Positions 55,897 to 64,000 of a stretch of 64,000 bases of DNA are shown in pieces. A program made the position numbers and the translations under genes. The stretch is taken from assembly GCF_009914755.1 (NCBI RefSeq), contig NC_060935.1; one strand, 5' to 3'. The notes under the pieces are model-generated. The model worked only from the letters and a program-made list of their open reading frames with translations. It searched no databases and was not told where the DNA came from. The first letter of the stretch is position 1. The number at the start of each line of letters is the position of its first letter. Source of the stretch: the human T2T-CHM13v2.0 reference genome, Homo sapiens.

Positions 55897-56588
55897 TGTT
55901 ACAGTAGGTGGCTAGTCAGGCATGAGCAGGTCAGGAGAGGGCGTCGCCTGACCAAGCATGTCAGGCAACCACGAGCTGATGGTCAAGGGGTTATTAACTG
56001 TCTCTCTGAAATAATAATTGGTCACAGCCAGCACCAGGGAAAGTCAGTCTCCCTATAGATAGAAAAAAACTGAAAATGGTGATCAGTAGCTTCCCAGTAG
56101 GATCTCAGGAGTTGGGCAAACGGGCTCAAGTATGTGCACTGAGAGGTGAAATGGCAGGGTTTAACTGGTATATGACCTTCTGGGGGCATTCCATCAGTAA
56201 AGGGAAGAAAGCCTCAGGTGAGCATGCATACAGCTCCAATATGCACACTGCGCATTCTCACCTCCCAAGTGCTGGCAGGCCACTGTGTATGCAGGCAACC
56301 CACCCCAAGGGAAGAATCAGGGGAGAGGGGATGCAAGACCCTGAACGTATGCCAGCATATAAAACCCCAAGTCAAAAGGTCCTTCCTTCAAGTTGCCCAT
56401 TTGGCCCTCTGCCAAGTGTACTTTCCTTTCTTTTGTTCTTGCTCTAAAGCTTTGTAATAAGCTTCCACTCCTGCTCTAAAACTTGCCTTGGTTTCTCCTT
56501 CTACTTCATGCCCCTCAGTCAAATTCTTTCTTCTGAGGAGGCAAGAGCTGAGGTTGCTGCAGACCTGTATGGATTCGTCACTGTAACA
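55897..56588 (+). mobile_element. ERV1 solo LTR (MER50-like)
   Basis: Terminal inverted 9-mer TGTTACAGT...ACTGTAACA; TATAAAA and AATAAG motifs; flanks ACAT/AAAT. Confidence 0.8.
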
Positions 56589-56642
56589 AAATGGTTTGCT
56601 TATGTGATAATGATTATTCTCAATAATGACAAGCCCAAATGA

Positions 56643-57023
<381 letters not shown>

Positions 57024-57111
57024 TAGGTTTTTTCTTTAATCTCCTCTTTTCAAGAACTTCATCAAATACCTAATTGAGCACTGAGGTTCAGTCCCAACAA
57101 ATGTTTGATGC

Positions 57112-57642
57112 TGTCAGAGGCACGTGAACCACAGCAACTCCATCTTAAATAGGAACTAGGCAAAGTGGGGCTGCATTCCCAGATGGTTAAGGCATTCTTA
57201 GTCCCAGGATGAGATAGGAGGTCAGCACAAGATACAGGTCATAAAGACCTTGCTGATAAAATAGGTTGCACTAAAGAAGCTTGCTAAAACCCACCAAAAC
57301 CAAGATGGCAATGAGAGTCACCTCTGGTTGTCCTCACTGCTGCAATCCCACCAGTACCATGACAATGTCATGCCATGGCAACATCAGGAAGTTACCATAT
57401 ATGGTCTAAAAACGGGAGGCATGGATAATCCACCCCTTGTTTAGCATATCATCAAGAAATAACCATAAAAATGGGCAACCAGCAGCCCTCAGGGCTGCTC
57501 TGTCTGTGGAGCAGAGATTCTTTTATTCCTTTACTTTCCTCATAAACTTGCTTTCACTTTATGGGCTCGCCTTGAATTCTTTCTTGTGGGAGATCCAAGA
57601 ACCCTCTCTTGGGGTCTGGATCCAGACCCCTTTCCTGTAATA
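57112..57642 (+). mobile_element. ERV1 solo LTR MER41A-like
   Basis: TGTCAGAGGC start, acaagatacaggtcataaagaccttgctgataaaa, end ggatccagacccctttcctgtaata; flanks ATGC/ATAC. Confidence 0.85.
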
Positions 57643-57649
57643 ATACCCT

Positions 57650-58863
<1,214 letters not shown>

Positions 58864-58919
58864 CCCTCAAGCCTCAAATAACAAAAGCAGTCCAATAAAG
58901 CATTGAAGTGAGGACCAGT

Positions 58920-59440
58920 TGTTACAGGAGAGGGGTCCCAATCCAGACCCCAAGAGAGGGTTCTTGGATATCATGCAAGAAAGAATTCAGGGCGAGTCCA
59001 CAGTGCAAAGTAAAAGCAAGTTTATTAAGAAAATAAAGTGGTGAAAGAACAGCTACTCCATTGATAAGAGTAGGACGTTCCTGAAAGTCAGAAGAGGAAT
59101 GCGTCCACCCTAGGTACAATGCTTGTATATATGGGGAGATGTGCTCTGCTACAAGGGTTTGTGATAAAGGATTAATTTTCTTAATTACTATATTTTGCAA
59201 GAATTGATACTATTATCTTTAAAGCAAAATCAGGAATGCCTTTGTTCTCCAGATATCAGGATATCTGGACACTCCCAAGTCTGGGTCTGTTTAGGAAACA
59301 TTATTAATTTGTTCCCTTAACCGTAAACATTTAGAGGCTAGGAATGCCTCATTTTCTGAGAATGCAGCCCAGCAAGTCCCAGTCTTATTTTCCTAGCCCT
59401 CACTCAAAATGGAGTCACTCTGGTTCAAACGCCTCTGACA
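58920..59440 (-). mobile_element. ERV1 solo LTR, MER41-related subfamily
   Basis: Minus strand starts TGTCAGAGGCGTTTGAACCAGAG and shares both termini with 57112-57642 but differs internally; perfect TSD CAGT. Confidence 0.82.
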
Positions 59441-60399
59441 CAGTGACTGAGTATGCCCTTGGGTATGCCCTACTTATTTTCTAGTGTCAACTCTTTCGTT
59501 GACAGTTTCTCTGTATTTCTGAGAAAGGGATATCCCAGGGAGTCAGAAAGGGAATCAGCCTTACCATCTCTCCAGCTACTGACACTTCTCCTCTATAGTG
59601 AGCCACAGTGAGGGGGAGGCCAGTCAGCAGCCATATGGAGTGGGGTTCTGCTTCCCTGATCCAAATAGGTTGTTTTCTCTGTGTACAAACTAGACCTTTA
59701 TAGAGCTTCAAGCTGTTCTTTACTAAAGAGTCAAGTGAACATTCCTGAGTCACTTGGAGTCCATAGGCAGAGATCAGGCATTCAGCTTTTGGTCTAGTCT
59801 CTCCCCACCTCTAAGCAAGAGGAGGGCAGAACCTCACCTCATAAGCCATCAGATGACAGGCTATCTCAGGAGCAATTCTCCGTTTCTTTTACACAAACCA
59901 CCCTTTAGCCCTCCGAATAAAGTTTCAGCCCCTAGTTTCTTTTGCATTTCATAGATTTTCTTGCTTAATATAGCCACTGGATGTACACATGTATTCTTTC
60001 TGCTTTTTTGTCTCCATTTGTCTCTTCAGGGAGAGAGATTCTGTAAAGACTGAAGAACAGGGGGAGTCCACTGAGTGCTTTCCAGCTGCAGCTGGTTTCC
60101 CCCTAAAGTACCACAAATCAATGTGCCATTATGAGGATTAATTGAGGATTAATTTTCGTTCCATTACTCTGCAATCTAATCTACATTAGAAACATCTAAT
60201 CTTCCTATTGACATTTGTCCTTTCCTTTTTCTGGTTTCCATTTCAAAGGACCCTCACATTAACGGCACATGGCTCTACTTAAGCAGCCTGGTTAACTAAA
60301 GCTAGGATTTAAATGTTTCTCTTTAATCCTCAAGTTTATTCTCTGATAATGGGGTGGAGGGGTGGATAGTCTCCTTTTATGCCACCACACTAGTTGGAT

Positions 60400-61286
<887 letters not shown>

Positions 61287-62153
61287 TAGAAAATGGAAGT
61301 GAGCAAGAAAGCAGAAAACATTCACTCAAGAAAAACTGTTCTTTGGCAATAGGTACATCTCTATGCAAGTCAGTGTGGCTTTTTTCCTCTAACATGATTT
61401 TAAAAGCTCTCTGAAGGCTCAGAAAACAGAAAACACATCTTGGTGACCTAGAAGTATAGTCATCTTCTTTCACCACCAGATGGTGCTTTATGTATAGAAT
61501 GGAGGACAAGGATCCTGAGGACATTCCCAAACACTTGCATATTTAGGAAGCTCTTTTACTTAACAGTGATTCAAGAAATATTGGGGAAATGCAAGCCCAG
61601 ATGAGGGACGCCTAACCTAGCTATACAGATAGGCAGGGGAGGGCGTCCTTAACCACAGTTGAGGCTTGCACCCAAGGACAGGATAGAGATTGGGAGGGGA
61701 ATTCCAATTTAAGAAAGAACCACCAGAAGTAGAGAGGCTTAAGAAAGCACATTGCCTTCTAGGAATCACAGGTTGTAGGCTGGGAATGGACAGTATTTCA
61801 GGTGGAGGAAATAGAATGAACAAAGGTGTGAAAAATGTACAAACAGATTTGGATTTAACTATGGTTATTCAATTGTTTAGCTTATTATTGGGATTGTCTC
61901 AATTCTGCATCATATGACCTGACCTTGGAAAAGCGGGCCATCTGTTTAGGGTAACAACTATGATTCTATCCCTCAGAATACTCAGTTTTCCTTAGCCAGT
62001 CCTTGCTCTTTAGCTTCCCCATTTTCTTGTCCTTTTCTGTGCTAGAGGTGTATTGAAACTGATGCATTGCAAAACTGGTATTACATTAAATACACTGAAC
62101 CTCAGATGCTTATGGAACACTTACACTATTTATACAGAAAAATAAGCAAAAGT

Positions 62154-62472
62154 GTCCAGGCACGGGGGCTCATGCCTGTAATCTCAGCGCTTTGGGAGGC
62201 CGAGGCGGGTGGATCATGTGAGGTCAGGAGTCTGAGACCAACCTGGCCAACATGGTGAAACCCAGTCTCTACTAAAAATACAAAAATTAGCAGGCTGTGA
62301 TGGCAGGTGCCTGTAATCTCAGCTACTCGGGAGGCTGAGGCAGGGGAATGGCTTGAACCCAGGAGATGAAGGTTGCAGGGAGCCAAGTTTGTGCCACTGC
62401 ACTCCAGCCTGGGCAACACGGTGAGACTCCATCTCAAAAAAAAAAAAAAAAAAAAAAAAACCAAAAAAAAAG
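62154..62472 (+). mobile_element. AluS
   Basis: TSD AATAAGCAAAAG. Confidence 0.88.
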
Positions 62473-63173
62473 AATAAGCAAAAGCTCCTACCCTATAACA
62501 CTGATGCATTCTGTTTGCATTTTATTCCATGATTTACACAATAATTATATATTGTATCCTTATGATATGTCAGATACTGTGTTGGCACTTTACATATATC
62601 TCACTTAATCCTTAATACCATCTGGAAATAATAAACATTTTATGGATGGTGAAACAGAGACACAGAGAAATCGAATAGCCTGCTCAGGGTTTCCAGAATA
62701 GCAAAATTAAAGGCCTAGGGTTTAGTTTTCCACTAAAGATTCTCATGGCTGGCTTCTTCACGTCATTCAGGTCTCTGCTCAAATGTGATCTTAGAGAAGC
62801 TACATTAATCCATCTGAAATAGACACCTCACTGTGCATCCAATTGTCCTGCCTTATTTTTCTTTGTAACATTATTATATTATTTATATTTGTATTGTCTG
62901 TATCTCCTCCTAGACTATGATCTCTGTTAGGACAAGCTCTTGGTTGTGTTTGCTGCTTATTACCACACTACCCAGACCAGAGCCTGGCACATAATAAGGA
63001 GCTCAACAAATTTTTGTTAAGAATAATTGACTCTTAGACCCAAACTCTTAGCCACTATGCTATATTTTGTCCCTCGATAGGATTAAGAAGGTTTACATTT
63101 TGAATATCCTGATACCAAAGAGCATGCTGCACAAAGCCTGTGCATGGAATGTGCCAAATAGTATGTAAACTGC

Positions 63174-63540
<367 letters not shown>

Positions 63541-64000
63541 CTATACTCTTAAAATTCGAGTTTAATTTACACACAGTAAAATAAATAAATCTTAAGTATG
63601 TATGTATTTTTACAAATGCATACACTTTTGTAACCACCAATCATATCAAGATACAGAACACTTTTTAGCCTCCAAGGAAGCTCTCTTGTAGTAACTCCCA
63701 GTCAATACTCTACTTTCCAGAGATAAATATTCTGACTTCTATCAAATAGGTTAGTTTCTGGGTCTTGAGCTTCACATAAATGCAGTCATACAGTTTGTAC
63801 TCTTATGTCTCTCTTCTTTTGCTCACCATAATATTTTGGAGATTTATCTATGTTCTGTATATCAGTGGTAGTTTATTTTTTTATTGTTGTGTTATATTCC
63901 ATTGTATGAATAAATAACAATTTGTTTATACATTCACCTGCTAGTGGATGTTTAGGCTGTTGCCAAGTTTTGGTTATTAAGTATAAAGCTGCTTTAAATA

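Overview
Primate (human-like) genomic DNA containing the complete HIKESHI gene (C11orf73, nuclear import carrier for HSP70) on the + strand. Five coding exons (2847-2876, 6643-6880, 37905-38056, 45115-45233, 46096-46150) have GT-AG boundaries and join to 594 nt, a 197-aa protein (MFGCLVAGRL...NPLFWKT). A CpG-rich promoter/5'UTR carries ZNF143-, ETS-, GAS- and YY1-type motifs and a perfect heat shock element. The rest is mostly interspersed repeat: about 50 Alu/FLAM copies, three L1PA insertions with TSDs (one 5'-inverted), older L1M pieces, a full-length 7SL pseudogene, a piggyBac (Looper-like) transposase fossil, MaLR LTRs, four ERV1 solo LTRs within 3.5 kb, and a ~1.5 kb AT-rich minisatellite. 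Nearly all supplied ORFs are Alu/L1/simple-repeat artefacts. I cannot support a wholly new biological system from sequence alone. The best leads are regulatory: (1) the exon 4/5 junction regenerates its own donor, and intron 4 read-through gives a look-alike alternative C-terminus; (2) the 5'UTR holds a start-stop element, an HSE and hairpins; (3) inverted Alus bracket exon 2, and exons 2+3 would form a stop-free 390-nt circle. Repeat boundaries are approximate and subfamily names come from remembered consensus sequences.
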